Shown: positions 17,867 to 26,581 of the stretch, one piece after another
Layout: each line of letters starts with the position of its first letter
Numbering within the stretch: position 1 is the stretch's first letter
DNA from: Flavobacteriaceae bacterium
GTDB taxonomy: Bacteria > Bacteroidota > Bacteroidia > Flavobacteriales > Flavobacteriaceae
Assembly (NCBI GenBank): GCA_017857815.1
Contig: JAFMCL010000008.1
Coordinates: 1,774 to 65,773 of the forward strand
Direction: 5' to 3'
Length of the DNA: 64,000 bases
Notes under the pieces: model-generated
The model's input: only the letters and a program-made list of their open reading frames with translations
What the model was told of the DNA's origin: nothing
Databases searched by the model: none
Position numbers and translations under genes: made by a program

Positions 17867-19692
17867 AATGTCTAACTTCCTTGCTTTGTGGACTATTAGC
17901 TTTATTCTTCAATGTCTCTTTTGGTCAAACCTATTGGCAACAAGCCGTTAAATATAAAATGAATGTTGAAATGGATGTTGAAACCTTTCAATATTCTGGA
18001 GACCAAGAGCTCGTTTATACCAATAATTCTCCGGATGTGTTGAAACGTGTTTTTTATCACCTCTACTTTAACGCTTTTCAGCCCGGGAGTGAAATGGCAG
18101 TTAGGGTAAAAACAGGGAAAGATAAAAACACTCGTTTTAAAATTGAAATAGACTCTTTAAAAACCGATGAGAAGGGGTTTTTGTTGGTTTCTAATTTAAA
18201 ACAGGATGGGATTTTATTAAAATCAAAAATGTCTGAAACTATTTTGGAAGTCGATTTGGCAAATCCGCTATTGCCAGGAGAAAGCACGCTTCTAACTTTA
18301 AATTTTAATGGACAAGTTCCCCTTTTAATTCGACGTTCTGGTCGTAATTCCAAAGAAGGAGTTGCGCTTTCTATGGCCCAATGGTACCCAAAAATGGCAG
18401 AGTATGACTATGATGGCTGGAACGCTGAGCCTTACTTAGGGAGAGAGTTTCATGGGGTTTGGGGTGATTTTGATGTTACATTAAAGCTGGACAAGAAATA
18501 CATCGTTGCCGCGAGTGGCTATATTCAAAATCCTAAAAAAGTTGGTCATGGGTATTCAGACAAAAAAGGAAAAGCAAAAAAAGGAAAATTGACTTGGCAT
18601 TTTGTTGCTCCCAATGTTCATGATTTTACTTGGTCGGCAGATCCTGATTATGTCCATGATATTTACCCTGGACCAAACAATGTTGCTCTTCATTTTTTTT
18701 ATAAAAATAATCCTAAAATTATTGATAACTGGAAGAGGCTACAACCTAAAACCGCAGAACTAATGAGCTTTTATAATCAAGCGGTGGGAGAATATCCTTA
18801 TGACCAATACACCGTGGCACAAGGGGGTGACGGCGGAATGGAATATGCAATGATGACTCTTATCACCGGTGAAAGAACGTTTGGAAGCCTTGTAGGTGTT
18901 ACTGCCCACGAGTTAGCCCATTCTTGGTTTCAGCACATATTGGCTACAAATGAAATGAAACACGAATGGATGGATGAGGGTTTTACTACCTATATTTCTA
19001 CGATGGCTGTGGATAAAATTTTAGAAAAACATAAAACTTTTCCCATTGAAAGCTCCTACAGAGGCTATCTCTATTTAGCGCAATCAGGTCTAGAACAGCC
19101 ACAACAAACCAACGCCAACCGTTATGAACACAACATGGCTTATGAAATAACGGCTTATAACAAAGGGGCTGTCTTTTTAGCACAGTTGGGTTATATAATC
19201 GGTGCTGATAAATTGACAACTACTTTAAAAGAATACTATAACGATTTTAAATTCAAACATCCAACGCCAAACGATTTTAGGAGAGTTGCGGAACGTGTTT
19301 CTGACCTCCATTTAAAGTGGTATTTAACTGATTGGACACAGACAACCAATACGATCGATTATGGAATTAAATCCGTTAAAAGCACTGCAGAGGGAAGCAC
19401 TAGCGTACGGCTAGAGCGTATTGGCTTAATGCCCATGCCACTTGAAATACTCGTTAATCTAAAGGATGGTAAAAAGAAGATCTATTATATTCCAATTACA
19501 TTAATGCGCGGTGAAAAAGAAAACCCCTACAATATAGAATGGTCTGTGCTTAAGGACTGGCCTTGGGCTTTCCCTGAATATGATTTTATTATTGACGAAA
19601 ACCTAGAAAAAATTGAATCTATTGTTATAGATCCCACAATGTATATAGCAGACATTAACCGGAATAATAACGAATTTCCAACTTCCGAGTGA
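17863..19692 (+). CDS. M1 family zinc metallopeptidase (aminopeptidase N-like), secreted
   Basis: Contains HELAHSWF (HExxH) followed by WMDEGFTTY (the distal Glu). Has a signal peptide and overlaps the S8 gene in an ATGA arrangement. Confidence 0.9.
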   Translation: MKCLTSLLCGLLALFFNVSFGQTYWQQAVKYKMNVEMDVETFQYSGDQELVYTNNSPDVLKRVFYHLYFNAFQPGSEMAVRVKTGKDKNTRFKIEIDSLKTDEKGFLLVSNLKQDGILLKSKMSETILEVDLANPLLPGESTLLTLNFNGQVPLLIRRSGRNSKEGVALSMAQWYPKMAEYDYDGWNAEPYLGREFHGVWGDFDVTLKLDKKYIVAASGYIQNPKKVGHGYSDKKGKAKKGKLTWHFVAPNVHDFTWSADPDYVHDIYPGPNNVALHFFYKNNPKIIDNWKRLQPKTAELMSFYNQAVGEYPYDQYTVAQGGDGGMEYAMMTLITGERTFGSLVGVTAHELAHSWFQHILATNEMKHEWMDEGFTTYISTMAVDKILEKHKTFPIESSYRGYLYLAQSGLEQPQQTNANRYEHNMAYEITAYNKGAVFLAQLGYIIGADKLTTTLKEYYNDFKFKHPTPNDFRRVAERVSDLHLKWYLTDWTQTTNTIDYGIKSVKSTAEGSTSVRLERIGLMPMPLEILVNLKDGKKKIYYIPITLMRGEKENPYNIEWSVLKDWPWAFPEYDFIIDENLEKIESIVIDPTMYIADINRNNNEFPTSE

Positions 19693-20057
19693 TTACTGAA
19701 AAAACCATAAAAAGATTAAAAAATAGGGTTTTAATTGACTTGCTCTTTAATAAAGGAAGCACGGTAAGCTCGGGTGTTTTGGTCGTTCATTATTTAAGAG
19801 ATCTGAATGAAGTCGATGATATATTTATAGGGGTTGGTGTTTCCAAAAGAAATGTGTTTTTGGCTGTTAACCGTAACTTGATTAAAAGACAATTAAGGGC
19901 CGCCATAAGAATTAATCAGGTCTATATAGAAAAAAACATGTCCGCCGGTTTGTATATGGTACTTTTTAAATCAAAAAAAAAGTTAAACTCTTCTGAGATT
20001 AATAGTTGTTTGCTAAAAGCTTTTGAAAAAATAACCACTAGTCCCCTAAATACATAG
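19689..20057 (+). CDS. rnpA: Ribonuclease P protein component
   Basis: 122 aa, basic. GVGVSKRNVFLAVNRNLIKRQLRAAIR matches the RnpA RNR-type motif. The GTG start overlaps the M1 peptidase stop (GTGA). Confidence 0.8.
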   Translation: MITEKTIKRLKNRVLIDLLFNKGSTVSSGVLVVHYLRDLNEVDDIFIGVGVSKRNVFLAVNRNLIKRQLRAAIRINQVYIEKNMSAGLYMVLFKSKKKLNSSEINSCLLKAFEKITTSPLNT

Positions 20058-20487
20058 CGCAGTGCGGAATGCCATCTTCAAGATAAGCTTCGCCTTTAAA
20101 CTCAAAACCGAGTTGATTGTAAAAGGCTTTTAAATGCGTTTGGGCAGAAATTTTAATCGGAGTTTTGGGGAAATTTTTTTTACAAAAATCGATAGCTTTA
20201 ACGAGTATTTCATTCCCCATTTTTTTATTTCTATGTGTATGTTTAACAACTACTCTCCCAATTGATATGTGGTTTGGATAGAAAACGCCTAGTTCCATCA
20301 CCCTTAAGTAAGCGATTAGATCGCTACCATCGTGTGCAAAAAAATGTGATCCTTTTCTATCTTTGTCATCAATATCTTGATAAACACAGTTTTGTTCGAC
20401 TACAAAAACTTGTGAACGTAACTTTAACAAATCATAAAGCTCATTTTTATTAAGTTCATCAAAGCTTTTTATCGACCAACTGATCAT
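20038..20487 (-). CDS. GNAT family N-acetyltransferase (ElaA-like)
   Basis: 149 aa. LRSQVFVVEQNCVYQDIDDKD and HRNKKMGNEIL (acetyl-CoA loop) match the ElaA-type GNAT pattern. Confidence 0.85.
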   Translation of the reverse strand: MISWSIKSFDELNKNELYDLLKLRSQVFVVEQNCVYQDIDDKDRKGSHFFAHDGSDLIAYLRVMELGVFYPNHISIGRVVVKHTHRNKKMGNEILVKAIDFCKKNFPKTPIKISAQTHLKAFYNQLGFEFKGEAYLEDGIPHCAMYLGD

Positions 20488-20918
20488 TAGCTACAAGCAA
20501 TTTTATTTACTCTCTTTTGATGTCTACCTCCTTCAAAAGGTGTCTCTATAAAGATGTCAACTATTTCTAAGGCTAGATCTAAACTAATAAAACGAGCGGG
20601 TAGACTGAGAATATTTGCATCATTGTGTTGTCGTGTCAGATATGCTGTTTCCTTATTCCAGCACAAACCTGTTCTTATTTTTTGATGTTTGTTTGCGGTC
20701 ATTGCTGCACCATTACCGCTACCACAGATAATAATTCCAAACATTGCCCTATTTTCTTGTACATCTTTAGCTACGGGATGAATGAAGTCTGGATAATCAA
20801 CACTGCTTTCGTCATTTGTTCCATGATTTTTTAATACATTTCCCTTCTTTTCTAAGTGTTGGATTATGGCTTCTTTAAATTTAACTCCAGCATGATCGTT
20901 TCCTATAGATATATTCAT
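20487..20918 (-). CDS. rpiB: Ribose-5-phosphate isomerase B
   Basis: MNISIGNDHAG...GIIICGSGNGAAMTANKH...RQHNDANILSLPARF are hallmarks of RpiB/LacAB. Its stop overlaps the downstream GNAT start by 1 nt. Confidence 0.9.
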   Translation of the reverse strand: MNISIGNDHAGVKFKEAIIQHLEKKGNVLKNHGTNDESSVDYPDFIHPVAKDVQENRAMFGIIICGSGNGAAMTANKHQKIRTGLCWNKETAYLTRQHNDANILSLPARFISLDLALEIVDIFIETPFEGGRHQKRVNKIACS

Positions 20919-21417
20919 TTTGTTTTTTTTCTAAAATTAGAAATTTTAAGGTTTATTGTTTATATGTAGTTTAATTATTTGTTAATAAATATTAAAAGAA
21001 AATTTATTTAAATTATTAAATAAGCTTGATTGTAAAAAATTGATAATTACACAAATTTATAAAAGAGTATTAATACTTTTTTTGTGATAAAAATTCAACC
21101 CTTTATAAACATAAATTTTAATTTAAAATCAATATTTAATAAACATCTTTGGTAATTAACAGTTGTTAATATTAATATTAAATTATTGATTATTATTAAT
21201 TTAAACTATTAAAAAATAAATATAATTGGTTAATAAACTTATTTTTACTAGAATATAATACTATAAATAAAATTGTTATTAGTCTTATGAACAGTCTATA
21301 ATAAGCATCATTATTTTTTAAATTTAAATAAAAACATAATTAAATATGTTAAGAGAGTTGATAACTCAAAATCAGCTCAAAAAAAGAAACCATAACTTTA
21401 CAGCATATAAAAATTTA
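20919..21417. other. Extremely AT-rich divergent intergenic region (about 13% G+C by hand count over 20941-21340)
   Basis: My hand count gives 51 G+C in 400 nt. The tract lies between the rpiB start (minus strand) and the rnr start (plus strand). It contains many TTAAT/ATTAA runs and three [G/T]TTAATAAA[T/C] copies, at 20981, 21135 and 21229. Confidence 0.8.
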
Positions 21418-23580
21418 ATGTCAAAGAAAAAAAGAGTAAATAAAAATATAGACGGTAAAGTAATATCAGTTTTTAGAAATAATCCTAGAAAAATATATAA
21501 CCACAAACAAATTGCTTCTAAGTTAGAAATAACAGACACTATGGGTCGGAATGCGATTGTTAAGGCTTTATCAAAATTAGCTTCTCAGAAAATAATAAAA
21601 CAATCATCTCCTGGAAAATACGGATTGAGTGATGATAATAAAAAATATATAAAAGGTCCTATTGAAATTACTGCTTCTGGAAATGGTTATTTAATTCTTC
21701 CTGAAGGAAAAAATGATGTTTTTATTTCACAAAGGAATATTAACAGAGCTTTTAATGGTGACATCGTTTCGGTTTATATAATTAATAAAAAGAAAAGCGG
21801 TAAAATAGAAGGCGAAGTTGTAGAGGTTTTAGAGAGAAAAGAGCAAAATTTCGTAGGAATATTAGAAAGAAGAAAAGACTTTGGATTTGTAAATACTCGG
21901 GGTAACCGAATGTATACAGATTTTTTCATACAAAATGAAGAACTTAAAGACTTTAAAGATGGTGATAAAGTAATTGTAAAATTTAAAGATTGGCCAAATA
22001 AAGCAACCTCTCCTTTTGGAATTATTAAAGAATCTCTAGGTAAACCTGGGGACATGCAAACAGAAATGCATGCTATTCTTTATGAATATGGACTTCCTTC
22101 TAAATTTCCAGATGAAGTTGAAGGTGCAGCTAATAAACTTAATTTAAGCATTACAGAAGAAGAAATTAAAAAAAGAAGAGATTTTAGAGATATCTTAACT
22201 TTTACAATAGATCCTATAACAGCAAAGGATTTTGATGATGCTATTTCTTTTAAGAAACTAGAGAATAATAAAATTGAAATTGGAATTCATATCGCAGACG
22301 TTTCACATTACATCACGCCAAACACCATTTTAGAAGAAGAAGCACTCAGTAGGGCAACTTCTGTATACTTAGTTGACCGAGTGGTTCCAATGTTGCCTGA
22401 GATCCTCTCTAACGGAGCGTGTTCACTTAGACCTAATGAAGAAAAATATACTTTCTCATCTGTTTTTATTGTAAATGAAAGAATGGAGGTTGAAAAAGAA
22501 TGGTTTGGTAAAACAGTAATAAATTCAGATAAAAGGTTTTCTTATGAAGAGGTTCAGTATATTTTAGATACGGAATCCCCTTTTGTTTCTGAAAACGTTT
22601 CGTTAACTGAAGAAAGTTATACCGTTTCAGAAGATTTATTTATTGCTATCACAAATCTTGATAAGTTTGCTAAGATTCTTAGAGAAAAAAGAATGCGTAA
22701 AGGGGCGCTTTCATTTGACCGTGTTGAAATTAAATTTAATCTTGATAAAGAAAATAATCCAGAAAGTGTGTTTTTCAAAAGTTCACAAGATGCGCATAAA
22801 CTTGTAGAGGAATTTATGCTACTGGCCAATAAAAAAGTTGCGGAATTTATAGGGAAACAAAAACCAGAGAAACCATTTGTTTATAGAATTCACGATTTAC
22901 CAGATGAAGATAAATTGATGAATTTAAAAGGAGTGGCTTCAAAGTTTGGTTATGATTTGAATTTAGATCCAAAAGGATTAAATAAATCTTTAAATAAATT
23001 ATTATCAGAAAGTTCGGGTCAAAACGAACAGCAACTCATAGACACCTTGGCCATTCGGTGTATGAGCAAGGCAGTATATACCACAAAAAATATTGGCCAT
23101 TACGGTTTGGCTTTTGAATATTATACGCATTTTACATCGCCGATCAGAAGGTACCCTGATGTCATGGTACATCGTTTGTTAGAGTCTTATTTGTCAGGAA
23201 GCACTACAGCCAACCAAGAAACAATTGAAGAAGCCTGTCATCACTCCTCTCAAAGAGAAATACTCGCGACAAAGGCAGAGCGTGATTCTGTTAAGTATAT
23301 GCAGGTTAAGTTCATGCAAGACAAGATAGATCAAGCTTTTGAAGGCGTAATTTCAGGCGTCACTGACCGTGGTGTTTATGTTGAAATAATCGAAAATAAA
23401 TGTGAAGGTTTGGTCAGAGTCTCCGAAATAAAAGGAGACTACTATAATTATGATAACGAAAATCATTGCTTGGTTGGAGAAAAATATAAGAAGGTTTACC
23501 AATTAGGTGGAACTGTCACTGTTGCCGTCAAAAAAGCAGACTTATTAAAAAGACAATTGGATTTTATTTTAGTGGATTAA
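21418..23580 (+). CDS. rnr: Ribonuclease R
   Basis: Has an N-terminal HTH-like region, cold-shock-like domains, an RNB catalytic domain (IDPITAKDFDDAIS, HYGLAFEYYTHFTSPIRRYPD) and a C-terminal S1 domain (FEGVISGVTDRGVYVEI). The ATG at 21418 (MSKKKRVNK...) is preferred over 21346, which lies in the AT-rich tract. The start is not certain. Confidence 0.92.
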   Translation: MSKKKRVNKNIDGKVISVFRNNPRKIYNHKQIASKLEITDTMGRNAIVKALSKLASQKIIKQSSPGKYGLSDDNKKYIKGPIEITASGNGYLILPEGKNDVFISQRNINRAFNGDIVSVYIINKKKSGKIEGEVVEVLERKEQNFVGILERRKDFGFVNTRGNRMYTDFFIQNEELKDFKDGDKVIVKFKDWPNKATSPFGIIKESLGKPGDMQTEMHAILYEYGLPSKFPDEVEGAANKLNLSITEEEIKKRRDFRDILTFTIDPITAKDFDDAISFKKLENNKIEIGIHIADVSHYITPNTILEEEALSRATSVYLVDRVVPMLPEILSNGACSLRPNEEKYTFSSVFIVNERMEVEKEWFGKTVINSDKRFSYEEVQYILDTESPFVSENVSLTEESYTVSEDLFIAITNLDKFAKILREKRMRKGALSFDRVEIKFNLDKENNPESVFFKSSQDAHKLVEEFMLLANKKVAEFIGKQKPEKPFVYRIHDLPDEDKLMNLKGVASKFGYDLNLDPKGLNKSLNKLLSESSGQNEQQLIDTLAIRCMSKAVYTTKNIGHYGLAFEYYTHFTSPIRRYPDVMVHRLLESYLSGSTTANQETIEEACHHSSQREILATKAERDSVKYMQVKFMQDKIDQAFEGVISGVTDRGVYVEIIENKCEGLVRVSEIKGDYYNYDNENHCLVGEKYKKVYQLGGTVTVAVKKADLLKRQLDFILVD

Positions 23581-23594
23581 ATTGAATAATTAAT

Positions 23595-23602
23595 TAATTT
23601 TG
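23595..23602 (+). promoter_or_regulatory. -7 promoter box (TAATTTTG)
   Basis: Exact TAnnTTTG match, 18 nt upstream of the ATG at 23620. Confidence 0.45.
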
Positions 23603-23619
23603 ATAAAAAATAATAGTTT

Positions 23620-24333
23620 ATGTTGATTAGAATTAACACCCTCTCTCTTTTTTTTGTTTTTATATTAAACATGACGCTCGCTCAGGAAAGAGCCGAAAAC
23701 CTAGAAGCTCCTGCAGAAAGAGTACTTAATGTTGAAGAGTTTTTTAATTTAAAACTCTATTCAGGAATTGAACTTAAATTAATTAAATCAACTGAAAACA
23801 AGTTGGTTATAATAGGAGAAAACAGAATGGATGTTGTTGTAAAAAACAAAGGAAATACCCTTAAAATCCGCCATTCTTTCAAGCACCTTTTGGATCGGTC
23901 TTTTACCTATATTGAATTGCACCACACTGAAAACCTCGATAGAATCCACACTTATCAAGGAAGTAAGCTCGAGACCACTAATGTAAACAAACAAACCAGC
24001 ATCACACTTAAGGTGCATGAAGGATCTACAGTCATTTTTTCTTTTGATGGAGATAAGTTAACTTCCAATGTGTCGTCTGGAGGTAAATTGTTTCTTAAGG
24101 GTAAATCTATAAATCACGAATTAACGGTATTCAGCGGTGGTGTTTGTGAGGCCGAAACATTTGAAACACAACAGACAAAAGTAAGGGTTACCGCAGGGGG
24201 CCTTTCTTATGTTAAAGCATCAGAGCTTATCGACGCCAAAGTAACAGCAGGAGGCACAATTCGTATACATGGAAGACCCAAAAAGCTAGTTACTCAAAAG
24301 AATATTGGCGGGAAAATAATAGAGATGAATTAA
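23620..24333 (+). CDS. DUF2807 / head-GIN-domain (putative adhesin-like beta-helix) secreted protein
   Basis: Has a signal peptide. Repetitive GG-containing beta-strand motifs (VSSGGKLFLKG, VTAGGLSYVKA, VTAGGTIRIHG) are typical of DUF2807. Confidence 0.65.
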   Translation: MLIRINTLSLFFVFILNMTLAQERAENLEAPAERVLNVEEFFNLKLYSGIELKLIKSTENKLVIIGENRMDVVVKNKGNTLKIRHSFKHLLDRSFTYIELHHTENLDRIHTYQGSKLETTNVNKQTSITLKVHEGSTVIFSFDGDKLTSNVSSGGKLFLKGKSINHELTVFSGGVCEAETFETQQTKVRVTAGGLSYVKASELIDAKVTAGGTIRIHGRPKKLVTQKNIGGKIIEMN

Positions 24334-24334
24334 A

Positions 24335-24358
24335 AAATCCCGTTCAAAGACGGGATTT
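24335..24358. terminator. Bidirectional intrinsic terminator hairpin
   Basis: aaatcccgt (24335-24343) pairs with acgggattt (24350-24358) across a 6-nt loop. It lies 2 nt after the DUF2807 gene stop and 3 nt beyond the 3' end of the minus-strand tRNA-Cys. Confidence 0.8.
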
Positions 24359-24360
24359 AG

Positions 24361-24431
24361 AGGCATCGAGCGGATTCGAACCGCTGTACGAGCTTTTGCA
24401 GAGCTCTGCCTAGCCACTCGGCCACGATGCC
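24361..24431 (-). tRNA. tRNA-Cys (anticodon GCA)
   Basis: The reverse complement reads GGCATCGTGGCCGAGTGGCTAGGCAGAGCTCTGCAAAAGCTCGTACAGCGGTTCGAATCCGCTCGATGCCT. It has a 7-bp acceptor stem (GGCATCG/CGATGCC), a CT-GCA-AA anticodon loop, a GGTTCGAATCC T-arm and a U73 discriminator, which is a Cys identity element. The 3' CCA is not encoded. Confidence 0.93.
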
Positions 24432-24437
24432 ATACGG

Positions 24438-24445
24438 CAAAAGTA
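24438..24445 (-). promoter_or_regulatory. -7 promoter box (TACTTTTG on minus strand) for tRNA-Cys
   Basis: Plus-strand caaaagta reverse-complements to TACTTTTG. Its final G is 6 nt upstream of the mature tRNA 5' nucleotide at 24431. Confidence 0.55.
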
Positions 24446-24469
24446 ACAAATTTTGATCTTTAGTTAAGC

Positions 24470-24826
24470 CTAACGACGTCCTTTTCTTATTATACTTACT
24501 TCTCCTACATTTCCACCGATAGGTGGGTTTTGTTTTGAAACCATAATCCACACTTTTTGAACACTACTTATACTTTTCAAAATCCGTGTTACAATTCTGT
24601 CGGCCACATTTTCGAGTAGCTTTGAGCGAATTGCCATTTCCTCTTCAACAATTTGATGAAGCGTAACATAGTCTACAGTGTGGTTGAGATCGTCACTTTT
24701 AGCGGGTTCATCCAAGTTTGAGCTAACCTTCAAGTTAACGGTGTAATCGCTTCCAATCTTTTTTTCTTCCTCTAGGCAACCATGGTAGGCATAGAGTCGT
24801 ATGTCTGTCAGTTTTATCTGTCCCAT
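24470..24826 (-). CDS. folB: Dihydroneopterin aldolase
   Basis: 118 aa. IRLYAYHGCLEEEKKIGSDYTVNLKV and VDYVTLHQIV match the FolB family. Confidence 0.88.
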   Translation of the reverse strand: MGQIKLTDIRLYAYHGCLEEEKKIGSDYTVNLKVSSNLDEPAKSDDLNHTVDYVTLHQIVEEEMAIRSKLLENVADRIVTRILKSISSVQKVWIMVSKQNPPIGGNVGEVSIIRKGRR

Positions 24827-24840
24827 TTTTTTATTTTGTG

Positions 24841-24848
24841 CAAAGATA
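24841..24848 (-). promoter_or_regulatory. -7 promoter box (TATCTTTG on minus strand) for folB
   Basis: Plus-strand caaagata reverse-complements to TATCTTTG. It lies 15 nt upstream of the folB ATG and is divergent from the glnS promoter. Confidence 0.5.
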
Positions 24849-24888
24849 TAATAACACGATTATTTTATTCATACCCATAAGCTTTTAA

Positions 24889-24896
24889 TATATTTG
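24889..24896 (+). promoter_or_regulatory. -7 promoter box (TATATTTG) for glnS
   Basis: Exact TAnnTTTG match, 15 nt upstream of the ATG at 24911. Confidence 0.5.
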
Positions 24897-24910
24897 TCAA
24901 AATCTAAATC

Positions 24911-26578
24911 ATGTCAGAAAAGGCATTAAACTTTATCGAGCACATCATTGAGGAAGACCTTAAAGAGGGCTTATCTCAAGAAAATTTACGTTTTCGTTTT
25001 CCTCCAGAGCCCAATGGTTTTTTACATATTGGTCACATTAAGGCACTTTCATTAAATTTTAATTTAGGAAAACGTTATAATGCTCCAGTAAACCTTCGGT
25101 TTGACGATACCAATCCCGCTAAAGAAGAAACTCAATTTGTTGAGGCAATTAAAAACGATATCAAATGGCTTGGTTTTGAATGGGATAAGGAGTGCTACGC
25201 ATCTGATTATTTTCAACAACTCTATGACTGGGCGCATTTTTTGATCGATAAAGGCCTTGCTTATGTTGATTCTCAAGGTTCTGAGGCTATTGCCGAACAA
25301 AAAGGAACCCCCACGACTCCTGGACAAAACAGTCCTTTTCGTGAAAGATCCGTGGCAGAGAATAAGGCACTTTTTTCTGATATGAAAGAGGGTAAATTTG
25401 AAGCTGGTGCACATGTTTTGCGTGCCAAAATCGATATGGCTGCTCCAAACATGTTGCTGAGAGACCCCGTTATTTATAGAATTTTATACAAAACACATCA
25501 TCGCACTGGAGACGTCTGGTGCATCTATCCGATGTATGATTGGACTCACGGCGAGTCTGATTATATAGAAAATATTTCACATTCATTTTGTTCTTTGGAG
25601 TTTAAACCCCATAGAGATTTATATAACTGGTTTTTAGATTCTCTATCTCCTCTTAAAGGCATAAGACCCAAACAAAGAGAGTTTGCAAGATTGAATCTTT
25701 CTTATACTGTTACAAGTAAAAGAAAACTTAAAAACCTTATTGACCAAGGGCATGTAACTGGTTGGGATGACCCCAGAATGCCCACTGTCAGTGGTCTACG
25801 AAGAAGAGGTTATACACCGGAGTCGTTGCAAAGCTTTGTAAACACAGCTGGTGTAGCAAAAAGAGATAACGTGATTGATGTGTCCCTTTTAGAATTTTGT
25901 GTCAGAGATCATTTAAATCAAGTTGCTCCGAGGGTAATGGCAGTTCTTGACCCGATTAAACTAACCATCAAAAATTATCCTGAAGGTGAGGATGAAATCC
26001 TTATTGGAGAAAATAACCCAGAAGACGATAGCGCAGGCACCCGAGAAATTCCATTTTCAAGAGATTTATATATAGAAAGAGAAGATTTTAGGGAAGAAGC
26101 CAATCGTAAGTTTTTCCGTTTGACATTAGGGAAGGAAGTTCGTTTAAAAAACGCCTACATAATTAAGGGTGAAGAGGTTATAAAGGATGACGCTGGAAAT
26201 GTTTTGGAGATCATTTGTTCTTATGACCCTTTAAGTAAAAGTGGATCAGGAACGGAAGAAAGCAAGCGTAAAGTCAAAGGAACACTTCACTGGGTTTCAC
26301 GAACTCACTCCAAATTAATATCAGTAAACCTTTATGATCGCTTGTTCTCCGTTCCTGAACCGGATAAAAATAAAGATGAAGATCCGAGCATCCACATCAA
26401 TCCTAAATCTTTAAAAACAATTCAAGGGTTCATTGAGCCTAATTTGGGCAATACCAATTCTGGAACTCATTTTCAATTTCAACGTTTGGGTTATTTTATT
26501 GTTGATACTGAAAGTTCAGATCAAAATTTAATTTTTAATAAAACCGTTGGTCTTAGGGACACTTGGCAGAAAAAATAA
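24911..26578 (+). CDS. glnS: Glutamine--tRNA ligase
   Basis: RFPPEPNGFLHIGHIKA (HIGH), LSYTVTSKRKL (KMSKS-like) and a GlnRS-type C-terminal anticodon-binding domain (FQFQRLGYF). Confidence 0.95.
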   Translation: MSEKALNFIEHIIEEDLKEGLSQENLRFRFPPEPNGFLHIGHIKALSLNFNLGKRYNAPVNLRFDDTNPAKEETQFVEAIKNDIKWLGFEWDKECYASDYFQQLYDWAHFLIDKGLAYVDSQGSEAIAEQKGTPTTPGQNSPFRERSVAENKALFSDMKEGKFEAGAHVLRAKIDMAAPNMLLRDPVIYRILYKTHHRTGDVWCIYPMYDWTHGESDYIENISHSFCSLEFKPHRDLYNWFLDSLSPLKGIRPKQREFARLNLSYTVTSKRKLKNLIDQGHVTGWDDPRMPTVSGLRRRGYTPESLQSFVNTAGVAKRDNVIDVSLLEFCVRDHLNQVAPRVMAVLDPIKLTIKNYPEGEDEILIGENNPEDDSAGTREIPFSRDLYIEREDFREEANRKFFRLTLGKEVRLKNAYIIKGEEVIKDDAGNVLEIICSYDPLSKSGSGTEESKRKVKGTLHWVSRTHSKLISVNLYDRLFSVPEPDKNKDEDPSIHINPKSLKTIQGFIEPNLGNTNSGTHFQFQRLGYFIVDTESSDQNLIFNKTVGLRDTWQKK

Positions 26579-26581
26579 TCC

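Noticed and set aside
20919-21417. The AT-rich tract as a chromosomal replication origin or DNA-unwinding element.
   Set aside because: I found no DnaA-box matches (TTATCCACA/TGTGGATAA). The nearest, tgtgataa, is a poor fit. No dnaA, dnaN or other origin-linked genes flank it. The repeated TTAATAAA 8-mers are expected by chance in DNA of ~13% G+C.
24361-24431. tRNA-Cys as an integration hotspot marking a genomic island.
   Set aside because: There is no integrase. I saw no duplicated tRNA 3' fragment nearby. The flanking genes (DUF2807 gene, folB, glnS) are ordinary and show no compositional anomaly.
24357-24551. The 64-aa ORF on the minus strand in the track.
   Set aside because: It overlaps the tRNA-Cys gene, its promoter and the 3' end of folB. 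It is explained by those features.
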